Sequence record: SRR31156797_5909
Reading direction: 5' to 3' (one strand)
Length of the DNA stretch: 64,000 bases
Shown: one piece after another, positions 1-10,263 of the stretch
Layout: the number at the start of each line of letters is the position of its first letter
How positions within the stretch are numbered: the first letter of the stretch is position 1
The notes under the pieces: generated by a model
Told to the model about the DNA's origin: nothing
The model's database searches: none
Seen by the model: the letters and a program-made list of their open reading frames with translations, nothing else
Translations under genes and position numbers: made by a program

Positions 1-441
1 GTTAAAAGGCAAAAAGGCATTTTCGCACTGATGAAAAGTTTTAAAATCGTAAGTATAAGCAATTCCAATTGTTGGTCCGTGGTAACCATTACACCAAGTA
101 ATCCAATAACGATCTTCAATCCAGCAAACACGGGGATCGTATTTGTAATCCGATTCAATCATCTCAGTGTTACCAGCTTCCATTTCAATCGGCTCATGAT
201 TGATTTCCCAGTTAATTCCATCCTTACTAAAACCGGCAAAAATATTCATTTGAACCGCTTTATTATCGCAACGGAAAACACCTGCAAAACCATCTTCAAA
301 AGGCACAACAGCACTGTTAAAAATACTGTTAGATGATGGAATATCATACCTCCCTATTACAGGATTCTGAGAATATCTCCACATTACATCTGCAGAACCT
401 TCCGGTCTGTCTTCCCAAGGCATATTAGCTTTACTAGTCAT
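1..441 (-). CDS. GH130 beta-mannoside phosphorylase (beta-1,4-mannosyl-GlcNAc phosphorylase, BT1033/UhgbMP-like), partial: C-terminus runs off the window
   Basis: Missing from the ORF track; translated by hand from ATG at 441: [59 protein letters not shown]...[33 protein letters not shown] and YDPRV are GH130 motifs. Confidence 0.92.
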   Translation of the reverse strand, partial: MTSKANMPWEDRPEGSADVMWRYSQNPVIGRYDIPSSNSIFNSAVVPFEDGFAGVFRCDNKAVQMNIFAGFSKDGINWEINHEPIEMEAGNTEMIESDYKYDPRVCWIEDRYWITWCNGYHGPTIGIAYTYDFKTFHQCENAFLPFN

Positions 442-479
442 CTTATTTCGTTTATATCTTTTATTTTTTCAATCTTTTT

Positions 480-2345
480 TTATTCTTCTTTATTTTCCTT
501 TACTGGCAACTTGTAATCTAAAGGATAATCTTCCAATTTCTTGTACCAGGTAAAATACAGTACTATACTTGATACAATAAATATTAAAATCACCCAAGTC
601 ATGGACATATACTCACCAATTACAAGAAATATTGGTATCAATACCAGCATCATCTGCCACCCCGTACCAATGGTACAGTTCATCATATCTCTCCAAAAAT
701 TGTTATTCGGTTTGGCTTCAGCTTTCTGTTCCTTCAATTTTAAATAAACAGGTTTCCAAAAACCCCAGGGGCGCACACTATCATAGAACTTAATCAACAC
801 CTCATCAGGCTCAGGCTTGGTTACCAAGCTACCAATTATTGATGCTGCAAATGCGAACAAGAAAATAAATGGAAAAGCATATATAGGTGATATTTCAGGA
901 AAAGCCAAGGGAGCAATTAGAGATGCCAACAAACCAGCTACCATTCCTGAGAAGTAACCATATCCATTAAATCTCCACCAAACCCATTTCAATAAATTCG
1001 ATGCTGTATATCCTCCAAATAGAGCACCTACCAACCATTTCATTACGGTATCGATACTTTCAGCAAAAAAACCAAAGAAAATACCAATTGCAACTACTGC
1101 AAAAGATGCCAAATAAGACATTCTAATGTATTTTTTTTGCGATGCATTCGGATTGATAAACTTCTTGTAAATATCGTTTACAATATAAGCAGGACCAGCG
1201 TTTACATTTGCTGCAAATGTTGACATAAATGCGGCAACCAATCCTGCCAGTAACAATCCTTTAGCTCCTGTTGGGATAAAATTATTTAAGGCATAAGGCA
1301 ATACCATTTCAAAATCGATATTATCGCCCATTTTATTAAACTCGGGTGCCAAATAAACCAGTGCCAAAACTGCTAAACCAGCTATCATTAAATAACGAGG
1401 AATAAACAAAACCAGGGAAACAATACCACTCATCTTCGCAGCATCCTTAGGCGTTTCTGTTGACAGAATTCTTTGCATATCATAACTAGGAACCGGACCA
1501 GCAATACTTACCAACATTCCTTTAAAAATCATCATCATCATTAATACCGAGAACAGAGAATATCCATCGGTATCAATCTTGTTGTTAACTGCTGGAATAA
1601 TATGATCCCAATTCAAATCCAGGTTCCAGCCAAAAAAAACATCTTTCCAACCTGCAGGAATAGCTGCTGTTACCTGTTCGGGTGTTACCAATGAAATTGC
1701 TATTACACCAACCAGAATACAGGCAATGGTCATAATTATGAACTGAAGTACCTCAGTAAAAACAACTGAATACATTCCTCCTTTAATCACATAAAGTGTT
1801 GTTATACCCATTATTACAATGGCATACATGTGTTCCGAACTAATTATTAATCCTGAAATTTGAGTTTTTAAATCCCAGGGAAAAAAGGTTTGAGCAAATT
1901 TACCAACCCCAATAAATCCGTAGGTGATGAATCCAATAACACTGACAATCGCAAACAATACCACGATTAAATGCGATAATTGTGATCCTCTATCATTTCC
2001 AAATCTGGTTTTTAACCATTCGGCACCTGTCATTACATTCGACCTTCGCAGCCAAACTGCCAGGAACATCATTAAAAATATTTGATTCCAAACGGGCCAA
2101 AGCCAGGGAATCCAAACCGATTTTAAACCATAAACAAACAAAATGGTAACCGTCCACATGGTTCCAGTAATGTCGAACATCCCTGATGCATTGGAAATTC
2201 CAAGCATATACCATGGTATTTTATTTCCTCCCAAAAAGTAATTGGAAAGATTTTTTGATGCTTTATTAGAAAGAAAATAACCTATGAAAATGGTTAAGAT
2301 AATGTATCCTACAATTATGGATAGATCGAGTGTAGATAAATTCAT
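480..2345 (-). CDS. Sodium:solute symporter (SSS family sugar transporter)
   Basis: Many TM segments; YFLGGNKIPW, MQRILS and AAFMST motifs of the SSS family; PUL context. Confidence 0.9.
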   Translation of the reverse strand: MNLSTLDLSIIVGYIILTIFIGYFLSNKASKNLSNYFLGGNKIPWYMLGISNASGMFDITGTMWTVTILFVYGLKSVWIPWLWPVWNQIFLMMFLAVWLRRSNVMTGAEWLKTRFGNDRGSQLSHLIVVLFAIVSVIGFITYGFIGVGKFAQTFFPWDLKTQISGLIISSEHMYAIVIMGITTLYVIKGGMYSVVFTEVLQFIIMTIACILVGVIAISLVTPEQVTAAIPAGWKDVFFGWNLDLNWDHIIPAVNNKIDTDGYSLFSVLMMMMIFKGMLVSIAGPVPSYDMQRILSTETPKDAAKMSGIVSLVLFIPRYLMIAGLAVLALVYLAPEFNKMGDNIDFEMVLPYALNNFIPTGAKGLLLAGLVAAFMSTFAANVNAGPAYIVNDIYKKFINPNASQKKYIRMSYLASFAVVAIGIFFGFFAESIDTVMKWLVGALFGGYTASNLLKWVWWRFNGYGYFSGMVAGLLASLIAPLAFPEISPIYAFPFIFLFAFAASIIGSLVTKPEPDEVLIKFYDSVRPWGFWKPVYLKLKEQKAEAKPNNNFWRDMMNCTIGTGWQMMLVLIPIFLVIGEYMSMTWVILIFIVSSIVLYFTWYKKLEDYPLDYKLPVKENKEE

Positions 2346-2361
2346 TTACTAAAAATAAAAT

Positions 2362-3654
2362 TTATTTTTCATTTTCATCAGCTTCGCTTTCTTCTGAATG
2401 AACAAAAGGGACATATTTTGCTGCCAGAAGAGATGGAATTATAACAACGAGAATGCATATAAAAAACAATTTATAACCCAACCAATCACTCATAAAACCA
2501 CTTACCATACCCGGTATCATAATACCCAAATTCATGATTCCAGTAGCAAATGCATAGTGAGCCATCTTATATTTTCCTGGAGCAACCTGTTGCATCATAA
2601 ACAGCATTAAACCCACAAAACCAAAACCATAAACAAAATATTCAACAACAACAGCAGATCCAATTAAAAATAAACTCTCCGGGCGATAAATGGCCAATAG
2701 AGCGTAAATAATAAATTGGACATTAAAAATACAAACCAATGTAAATAAAGATTTTTTTAAGCCTCGTGCTGAAATATAATAGCCTGCTAAAATTGACCCC
2801 AAAACAAAAGCTGCAGAACCAAAGACACCATAAATAAGACCAATTTGTGAAGTACTAAGCCCTAAACCTCCATCTTCGATTGCTGCTTTAAAAAACAAAG
2901 GGGCAATTTTAATAGCAAAACCTTCGGTAAAACGATATACAATAATGAAGCAAATAAACCAACCAATATATTTTTTCTGGAAAAAGGTTTTGATAACATC
3001 CCACAAAGTTTTAAATCCCTCGTTTAATGAAGTAACCTCACTGCTTGCATTTCCTCCCGATGGTAACATTTTAATATGATACAATGCTAACGAAATCATA
3101 ATTATCGAGTAGGTAGCCATAACAACCATCCACGCATGTAGTACTCCAAAGCGTTCCTCAAGAACACCTGCTAAATAAACAAAAGCACCAGCAGTTAAGA
3201 TTTTCGCCAAATTATACGAAGCTCCTTGCCATCCAATATATTTTGCTTGTTCTTTCCCTGATAAAACACTCAGGTAAACTCCGTCAGTAGCAATATCGTG
3301 AGTTGCACCACTAAAGGCTACAACTGCTAACAAAGCAATAGAATACGTAAAAAAGCTATCCAATGGTAAAGTCATCACCACCAGAGCAAATGATAAGCCT
3401 GTTACAAGTTGGGTTGCAACTACAAAGTGCTTTTTTGTTTTAAACATTTCTAACATTGGACTCCATAACGGCTTTAATGTCCAGGGTAACATGATAAGTG
3501 AAGTCCAAAATGCAATTAAAGAATCAGATACTCCAAAACTCTTAAACATCAGCACTGAAGCCTGAGCTATAGCAATAAAGGGTAAACCCATCGCAAAATA
3601 TGCAGTTGGAATCCAAGTAGCTGGGTGTTTTTGTATTTTATTCGTTTTTGACAT
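2362..3654 (-). CDS. MFS transporter, AmpG-like
   Basis: About 12 TM segments; LPWTLKPLWSP and ATHDIATDG motifs of the AmpG family. Confidence 0.88.
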   Translation of the reverse strand: MSKTNKIQKHPATWIPTAYFAMGLPFIAIAQASVLMFKSFGVSDSLIAFWTSLIMLPWTLKPLWSPMLEMFKTKKHFVVATQLVTGLSFALVVMTLPLDSFFTYSIALLAVVAFSGATHDIATDGVYLSVLSGKEQAKYIGWQGASYNLAKILTAGAFVYLAGVLEERFGVLHAWMVVMATYSIIMISLALYHIKMLPSGGNASSEVTSLNEGFKTLWDVIKTFFQKKYIGWFICFIIVYRFTEGFAIKIAPLFFKAAIEDGGLGLSTSQIGLIYGVFGSAAFVLGSILAGYYISARGLKKSLFTLVCIFNVQFIIYALLAIYRPESLFLIGSAVVVEYFVYGFGFVGLMLFMMQQVAPGKYKMAHYAFATGIMNLGIMIPGMVSGFMSDWLGYKLFFICILVVIIPSLLAAKYVPFVHSEESEADENEK

Positions 3655-3688
3655 CTATTTTATTACTAATATTAGAATGTTATGTTTT

Positions 3689-5923
3689 TTATTTTTTAAG
3701 AAAAAATTCCAATTTTCCTCCCTCAGTTATTGTTTTGTGATTAATGAAATAAGAGTTTTGCTTCTTATCATTCATCATCATTTTTTCAATGAACAAATCA
3801 TCTTTGCTCTTACGATGAGTAAGAATTTCAAATGTTTTTCCTTTATGAAATTCAGGATCCAATTCAATGGTGATTTTATCGAAAACAGGAGCTGTTAACG
3901 CATAATTCATATCTCCCGGGCAAACAGGATACATACCTGTCATGGCATAAATAACCCAGGCAGATAAAGTTCCACAATCGTCATTACCCGGAATACCATC
4001 AGGAGCATTCTTGTAATACGTATCGATTAGCTTTCGAACCTCTTTTTGAGCTCTCCACTCTTCTCCTTTAAAATAGTTAAACAGGAACGGGTAGTGAATG
4101 TCAGGCTCGTTTGCCATATCAAACAAATCCTCATCGAATACTTTCTGCAATTTGTTCACGAAATTTCGCTTTCCTCCCATTAGCTTACTCAATCCGTAAA
4201 CATCATGAGGAACGCAGAAAGTATACTGCCAAGCGGTTCCTTCATGAAATCCTGGGGAAGGCTCAAAATTCTCTCCTTGTTTTGGATTGAAGTTCTTTAG
4301 GAAGGTACCATCCTCCATTTTTGGTCGAATCATCTGAAATTCCTTATCGAAATACTCCTTGTATCCCATTGATTGATTCAAAAACTTCTTATGGTCAGGT
4401 TTTTTATCAAGAGCCTTGGCGAATTGCGCTAAATTCCAATCGGCAATGTAATATTCTAAAGCATGCGATACTGAATTGTCAAATTCTTCGCGAATTGGCA
4501 CATATCCTTCCGCCAAATAATGATCAATATCTGGTCTTAACTTGTTATTCTTTCCTTCGGTAGTTGCAGATTTGTACATAGCAGAGTAAGCCGCTTCCAC
4601 ATCAAAATCAGTCAATCCTCTTAAATAAGTATCTACAATAACTGGAATGGATGGATCACCTTCCATTACATGAGTTTCCTTAGAGTTCAATTCCCATTTT
4701 GGCAACCAGCCACTTTCCTTGTACATGTCTACCATAGAACGAACCATATCCAATTGTTCTTTTGGGTATATCAAAGCCATTAAAGGATGATAATTGCGAT
4801 AGGTATCCCACAAAGAAAACACAGTATAACGATTGCAGTCATTGGTCTCTTTAATCTCGAAAGATTCCATTGCCGGATATTGTCCGTTTACATCGTTAAT
4901 GATATTTGGATGAATATGAGTATGATACAATGCAGTATAAAAAATGGTTTTCTGATCCTTGGTTCCACCTTCTACCTTGATTCTTCCAAGTACATCATTC
5001 CAATCCTGTTCGGCTTGTTTTCTTGTCTTTTCAAAATCAAAATTGTTCGATTCTGTATCCAGATTTAATCGTGCATTTTCAATACTTACATATGAAACAC
5101 CAAGTTCTACAATAATTTGTTCTTGCTCTTTGGTATTGAAAGTGAAAAATGCACCTACCTCATCACCATACATTTCCTGAGTGAAGTTCTGGTAGTACTT
5201 GAATTGTCCATCCGTATCGCTCCAGGCAGATTCTGCTTGCATTTCAGGCATTTTTTTCCAAACACCTAATTCATCAGCAGGTTTGCTAAATCGTGCAACA
5301 AAATAAACAGCTCTTTCCGATCCATCGTTATAACAAAAAGATCCTGTCATTCGTGAACCTTCAATTTCCCGATTGTTCACAATTCTAACCTTTGCGCCCG
5401 ATTCATTGGTTAGACCTAAACCCAAATTTAGAAGAATATTCGATTTTCCTTTTGGGAAAGTGTATCGACTAATTCCACTTCGAAGTGTAGAACTCAATTC
5501 GCTCTTTATATCATATTTTTCAAGATCGGTAGCATAATAACCCGGAGTTGCCTCCTGATTTTTCATGATCGATCCGTATTTTTTATGATTTGCATTTACT
5601 TCTCCTGTTGTAGGCATTAAAAGAATTACTCCCAAATCGGGGCAACCTACACCACTCAGGTTCACATGCGAGAAGCCTGTCAAAAACGTATTGTCCCAGG
5701 AATATGGTGTAGACCACCATCGGGCATCTTTATCCCAGGTATTGATATCGGATCCTGAAACATTGAAAGGTGTAACGGATACCATTCCACGAGGCACTAT
5801 AGCACCAGGATTTGTGGTTCCAAAATTGGTAGTTCCAATAAAGGGATTGACGTATTTTGTATATTGGCTAAAGCCATTTGTACAAAGTAAAAATAGAAGT
5901 GAAATTCCTAATATGCGTTTCAT
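3689..5923 (-). CDS. GH92 alpha-mannosidase (alternative start 5944)
   Basis: Signal peptide; YVNPFIGT, FSLWDTYR, FHEG, NEP and PGNDDCG motifs. Confidence 0.93.
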   Translation of the reverse strand: MKRILGISLLFLLCTNGFSQYTKYVNPFIGTTNFGTTNPGAIVPRGMVSVTPFNVSGSDINTWDKDARWWSTPYSWDNTFLTGFSHVNLSGVGCPDLGVILLMPTTGEVNANHKKYGSIMKNQEATPGYYATDLEKYDIKSELSSTLRSGISRYTFPKGKSNILLNLGLGLTNESGAKVRIVNNREIEGSRMTGSFCYNDGSERAVYFVARFSKPADELGVWKKMPEMQAESAWSDTDGQFKYYQNFTQEMYGDEVGAFFTFNTKEQEQIIVELGVSYVSIENARLNLDTESNNFDFEKTRKQAEQDWNDVLGRIKVEGGTKDQKTIFYTALYHTHIHPNIINDVNGQYPAMESFEIKETNDCNRYTVFSLWDTYRNYHPLMALIYPKEQLDMVRSMVDMYKESGWLPKWELNSKETHVMEGDPSIPVIVDTYLRGLTDFDVEAAYSAMYKSATTEGKNNKLRPDIDHYLAEGYVPIREEFDNSVSHALEYYIADWNLAQFAKALDKKPDHKKFLNQSMGYKEYFDKEFQMIRPKMEDGTFLKNFNPKQGENFEPSPGFHEGTAWQYTFCVPHDVYGLSKLMGGKRNFVNKLQKVFDEDLFDMANEPDIHYPFLFNYFKGEEWRAQKEVRKLIDTYYKNAPDGIPGNDDCGTLSAWVIYAMTGMYPVCPGDMNYALTAPVFDKITIELDPEFHKGKTFEILTHRKSKDDLFIEKMMMNDKKQNSYFINHKTITEGGKLEFFLKK

Positions 5924-6052
5924 CTGTTTAAAATTTACATTCATTTTTCAGATGGAACTCTCGATGAATCTTATCATTCTCTTTTGTATAATTTAGAAGG
6001 TTAAAATTCATGTTCGTTTCATCAATTTAGGTTTTGTTGAGTTCTTGGTTAT

Positions 6053-6103
6053 TAAAAACAATACCGAACGGGATTTCGCTAGCCAAGCTCTTTCCCGATC
6101 GGT
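6053..6103 (-). terminator. Stem-loop with downstream U-rich tract (terminator-like)
   Basis: Arms ACCGAACGGGA (6063-6073) and TCCCGATCGGT (6093-6103) with one mismatch; on the minus strand followed by ATTGTTTTT. Confidence 0.55.
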
Positions 6104-6144
6104 TATCTAATTTCTAATCTAGAATTCAAATTAAACCTTTTATG

Positions 6145-6196
6145 ATTAAATAGTGATTAATATTGGATTAATCCACCAATTGAATCATTAATCAAA
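6145..6196. promoter_or_regulatory. 11-bp-phased ATTAAT repeat element, copy A (candidate PUL regulator operator)
   Basis: ATTAA(A/T) at 6145, 6156 and 6167; 6155-6196 aligns with 23425-23467 at 36 of 43 columns. Confidence 0.55.
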
Positions 6197-6208
6197 AGAA
6201 AAGGTAAA

Positions 6209-8215
6209 TTAATTCTCAATTGGAGCAATTACAACTGCCTGTCCTCCACTCTCTATCATTTTTACTGATAATTTGCTTTTAGAATCAACAGTTAACTCCA
6301 TAATTTCTATATCTATTGGATTGATTTCAAGATTTGCATCCTTTCCATCAGCAAAAATACAAGCCATATATTTCTTACCTTCCTCTAAAAATGACAAATC
6401 AATTTCTACATTTCTGCTGTTCTCATCGGTAATTGTTCCAATATACCAATTGTCTCCTTTTCGTCTGGCAACAGAATAAACATCTCCAATTTCAGCAAGA
6501 AGAACCTTCGACTCATCAAAATCTGCCGGTAGTTTCTCGAAAAATTCGAATGCTGGCTGATCTTCGTAATTACTTACCAAGTCAGAAGCCATTTGTAATG
6601 GACTGTACAAACAAACCCAAAGTGCCAACTGTTTTGCCAGAGTCGTATTCACACGACTATTTCCTTTGTCATTACTATTCCATTTGATGTACTCTTTTCT
6701 GTTTTTGTACAGAATATCGAATGTTCCAGGAGTGTAATCAATAGGACCTCCCAAACATCTGGTAAATGGTAAAATTACATGATGCTCTGGTGGATTTCCC
6801 TCACTCCATCCGTTCCACTCCATTCCACGAGCACCTTCACGAGTCATCATGTTTGGATAAGTACGACTAATTCCTGTAGCCTTTATTGGTTCATGCGCAT
6901 CAATCATCAAGTGATATTTGGCAGCTGTTTCAACAACCTTTCTGTAATGTTGTACCATTTTTTGCCCGTGATGAAAGTGTCCATTTGGAATTGGACCAGC
7001 ATAACCAGTCTTTAAAGTTCTGATTCCATTATCATGCAATTTGGCAAAGGCATCTTCCATGCACTCTTCATAAAAAATGTAATCGCCTCCTGTTTCATGA
7101 TGTCCTATTAATTCTACATCCTTTGATTTTGCATATTTCACCAATTCGTCGAAATCAAAATCGGCATAAGGTGTTTGTTGGTCGAAAGCTCTGGGTTTTC
7201 CCCAATTTTCCCAACCAGTATTCCAACCTTCTGCTAAAACTGCATGCACTCCATTTTCCGAAGCAAAATCAATATATCTTTTCATATTCTCAGTGGTAGC
7301 TCCATGCTTAGGTCCCATTGTCCAGGTTTCAACTCCCAAATGCATTCCCCACCAAATTCCAATGTATTTCATTGGCTGAATCCAAGAGGTATCCTCTAAT
7401 TTACATGGTTCATTTAAATTCTGAATTAAGTTGGATTCAACCAAACCTGCTGCCGACTTAGTAATTGTAATGGTTCTCCATGGAGAGATAATTGCCCCTT
7501 TTGCTTTCACCTTAATTCCATCAGGCCAAGGCACAAGGTTTACCTGGAAATGTGTTTCTCCAGTATTCTTCAATGTCATTCCTGCATAATCAGTAAGATT
7601 GGCTTCATGAATGCTTATATAGTTGCCTTCATTGGTTTTAAAAGTTGCAGGAGTATTGGCATTTTTCACCTCATCAATTTGAGTGGTTCTATAAAGCATT
7701 TCATAGCTTTCAAAATTGGCTGGAATCGTCCAGGCAGTTCCATTATTTGTAATGTTGAACTCTGTCAATTCATTGATGATATTAATGCTGTCAATTCCAT
7801 TCTGCTTCAGAATTTCATATCTAAAACCTAAACCATCATTAAATAATCTCACATACAAATTCAGTTCTTTATCCGCATGATTTCTCATGGATACCATCAC
7901 TTCATTGTAGTTTTCCACTATCGTTTGGTTAGGTCCCCAAACAGGATTCCATTCTTCATTTTTATCTTTTTCCAAAATATTAGTAATTCTTATTCCCTTA
8001 GAGTATAAAGAATCACTTTTTAATTTCAGCCCCAACCTTGATGATGAAATAACATCTTTCTCTTCTAATTTCAATGTATAATACAATTGACCTGCATCAC
8101 TTACTGTCAACTTAAAATCTATATTTCCATTGGGCGATTTTAAATCAACCTTTTCAATATTAGTACATGCACAAAATAATATCGATACTATAATTGTAAA
8201 TATTCCTCTACTCAT
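6209..8215 (-). CDS. GH97 glycoside hydrolase, inverting SusB-like subgroup (alpha-glucosidase), lipoprotein
   Basis: KYIGIWW, HHETG, KTGY (not the KxDF nucleophile of retaining members), HEP, EGARG and GPIDYTPG motifs; N-terminal lipoprotein-type Cys. Confidence 0.9.
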   Translation of the reverse strand: MSRGIFTIIVSILFCACTNIEKVDLKSPNGNIDFKLTVSDAGQLYYTLKLEEKDVISSSRLGLKLKSDSLYSKGIRITNILEKDKNEEWNPVWGPNQTIVENYNEVMVSMRNHADKELNLYVRLFNDGLGFRYEILKQNGIDSINIINELTEFNITNNGTAWTIPANFESYEMLYRTTQIDEVKNANTPATFKTNEGNYISIHEANLTDYAGMTLKNTGETHFQVNLVPWPDGIKVKAKGAIISPWRTITITKSAAGLVESNLIQNLNEPCKLEDTSWIQPMKYIGIWWGMHLGVETWTMGPKHGATTENMKRYIDFASENGVHAVLAEGWNTGWENWGKPRAFDQQTPYADFDFDELVKYAKSKDVELIGHHETGGDYIFYEECMEDAFAKLHDNGIRTLKTGYAGPIPNGHFHHGQKMVQHYRKVVETAAKYHLMIDAHEPIKATGISRTYPNMMTREGARGMEWNGWSEGNPPEHHVILPFTRCLGGPIDYTPGTFDILYKNRKEYIKWNSNDKGNSRVNTTLAKQLALWVCLYSPLQMASDLVSNYEDQPAFEFFEKLPADFDESKVLLAEIGDVYSVARRKGDNWYIGTITDENSRNVEIDLSFLEEGKKYMACIFADGKDANLEINPIDIEIMELTVDSKSKLSVKMIESGGQAVVIAPIEN

Positions 8216-8217
8216 AA

Positions 8218-10263
8218 TTATTCAACCTCAAATATTTTTAATTCAGGACCAACTCCCTTAATTGTTAATTTCTTCCATTGTTTTGGCAAACATGGATTTT
8301 TCTGTACAATACCTTTATCCGTTAAATGGAGTCCTCCAAAACCAAAGATAACAGACTGTAACATTCCTCCTGCTCCTGTTGCGAAATAAGGATTATTACT
8401 ATATGCAGATTCAGATAAAGCTCCAAATGGTGCTCGTTTATTTGGTATGTAGGCACGCTTGAATAATTCAAATGCTTTTTCTGGATTACCCAATCGAGCA
8501 TAAAGAACAGATAGAACGGAATGCGACATCGCCGGTCCTTCCGGAGCCAGTTTAGATTCATAATAATTCAAATCTCTTTTGATGTCGTCCAGATTTTTAA
8601 CTACCGAAAGTGGATAAGCCAAAAGGTTTACATCCGCCTGTTTAATAACTTCACCATCGTAAGTTTTGTTTTCTTTCATAACTCCATTTAAGAAATAGTG
8701 AAAATTCAATGATTCTGCTAATTCGGACCACTTTTCATTTGGTTCTACTCCTAAAAATTTTGCCGCTCTATTTGCATATTGCAATGCGGTTTTTGCCGAT
8801 CCATTCGTGAAAGCATTATCATTAGCATGATGATAAAACTCATTAGCTCCAACTACATTGTTTATAGAATAAGTTCCATTTTCGTTTCTAACAGATCTGC
8901 TTAGCCAAAAATCTGCGACCTCTTTTAGCATTGGATAACCTATAGTTGAAAGCCATTTTTTATCACCAGTCATTCGAAAATAGTTCCAGAATGCAATTCC
9001 AATATCCGCAGTTATATGATGCTCAAACGTTCCAGTTAAAGCCCAGGTTGGTGTTGCTTCCTCTCCTGTTTCATCCGATTCCCATGGGAACATAGCTCCT
9101 TTATAACCAAAATTCACAGCTTTTTTCCTAGCCATATCCAATCTATCAAAGCGATAATTTAAAAGAGATTTTGCAATATCCTGATTAAAGATCAATAATG
9201 GTGGATACATCCATAACTCTGTATCCCAAAATACATGACCATTGTATCCCTGTGCCGATAAACCCATTGGAGCAATGCTCAAATTTGAATCATCTCGTGC
9301 AAAAGAATACAAATGATACAAGGCCAGACGAACATCTTGTTGCGATTCTAAATCTCCTTCAATAATTATATCACCTTCCCACAAATCATTCCAAAGCTCC
9401 AGATGTCTCTCTAAAACAGCTTTCTTATTTCCAAGCAACTGAAAAACAACCATTCGTTCCGATTCACTCTTAGGGTCATAAAAATCCTGTGTGGTACAAA
9501 CTGCACCAGCCCAGGCAAATTGGTAAGTTTCTCCTTTTATTAGCTCTTGTGTAAAACTCAATTCATGATGCAGAGAATCTATAATGTGATGTTTTAATTC
9601 AGGAGTTTCATCCTCAAAAATAAATGAAGCTGTAGTAGCCAGATGGTGTTTCCCAAAAGGACTATCTGCTACAGTTTGTAAAATCGGCATTCTTGCATCC
9701 AAATCCTGCATAACGCGATACCCGGATACTACATCCTTATATTCCTTTGGACAAATAATTTGCCCACCTACTTGAATTCTAAGATTTTTCTTTAACGAAA
9801 CTACATCAACATCTATCATTCCTGAATATGGCATTCCTCGTAAAGCGTAAGTTGTAAAAGAAAAATCAGCATAATCCTTAAATCTACATGTAGTTGTAAA
9901 TGCAGCCTTCTTCATATCCAAGATCTGTTTCCACTTGGAACAATTTTCCGTTTTCAAAGTATCTCCTGAAATGATAATTTCAAGGTTTGCAAAATTAATC
10001 CCCAACAAAACCTTACTAACACCAAATTTCGATTCCTTATCGAATACATGATTCAAAACAATCGCTTTTGTTTTGCCAGGATGTTCAGATGGTAGTAATC
10101 CTATTCGACCATTTGCAACAGATATTCCTGTATAATTTGAATAATCATTGGTAACTATATTCCACTCATCTCCAAATTGATTTTGAGCCGTAAGACCACT
10201 TATATAGTTTACACAGATCAAAAACAAAAAAAATCTTCTAAACTTAATATTCAATTTATACAT
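8218..10263 (-). CDS. GH65 hydrolase-type enzyme (alpha-1,2-glucosidase/kojibiose hydrolase-like)
   Basis: GHVFWDTE, FPWES, EHHITAD, VVGANE, KQAD and EGPAM motifs; signal peptide; ATG at 10263 overlaps the GH125 stop (ATGTATAA). Confidence 0.85.
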   Translation of the reverse strand: MYKLNIKFRRFFLFLICVNYISGLTAQNQFGDEWNIVTNDYSNYTGISVANGRIGLLPSEHPGKTKAIVLNHVFDKESKFGVSKVLLGINFANLEIIISGDTLKTENCSKWKQILDMKKAAFTTTCRFKDYADFSFTTYALRGMPYSGMIDVDVVSLKKNLRIQVGGQIICPKEYKDVVSGYRVMQDLDARMPILQTVADSPFGKHHLATTASFIFEDETPELKHHIIDSLHHELSFTQELIKGETYQFAWAGAVCTTQDFYDPKSESERMVVFQLLGNKKAVLERHLELWNDLWEGDIIIEGDLESQQDVRLALYHLYSFARDDSNLSIAPMGLSAQGYNGHVFWDTELWMYPPLLIFNQDIAKSLLNYRFDRLDMARKKAVNFGYKGAMFPWESDETGEEATPTWALTGTFEHHITADIGIAFWNYFRMTGDKKWLSTIGYPMLKEVADFWLSRSVRNENGTYSINNVVGANEFYHHANDNAFTNGSAKTALQYANRAAKFLGVEPNEKWSELAESLNFHYFLNGVMKENKTYDGEVIKQADVNLLAYPLSVVKNLDDIKRDLNYYESKLAPEGPAMSHSVLSVLYARLGNPEKAFELFKRAYIPNKRAPFGALSESAYSNNPYFATGAGGMLQSVIFGFGGLHLTDKGIVQKNPCLPKQWKKLTIKGVGPELKIFEVE

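Noticed and set aside
31-336. 101-aa plus-strand ORF, and the many other 60-140 aa ORFs nested in or antisense to long genes
   Set aside because: They are shadows of well-supported genes (here GH130 on the minus strand) and carry no recognisable motifs.
8218-10263. GH65 as maltose/trehalose phosphorylase
   Set aside because: The signal peptide and GANE/EGPAM motifs fit hydrolase-type members, not GPDE-type cytoplasmic phosphorylases.
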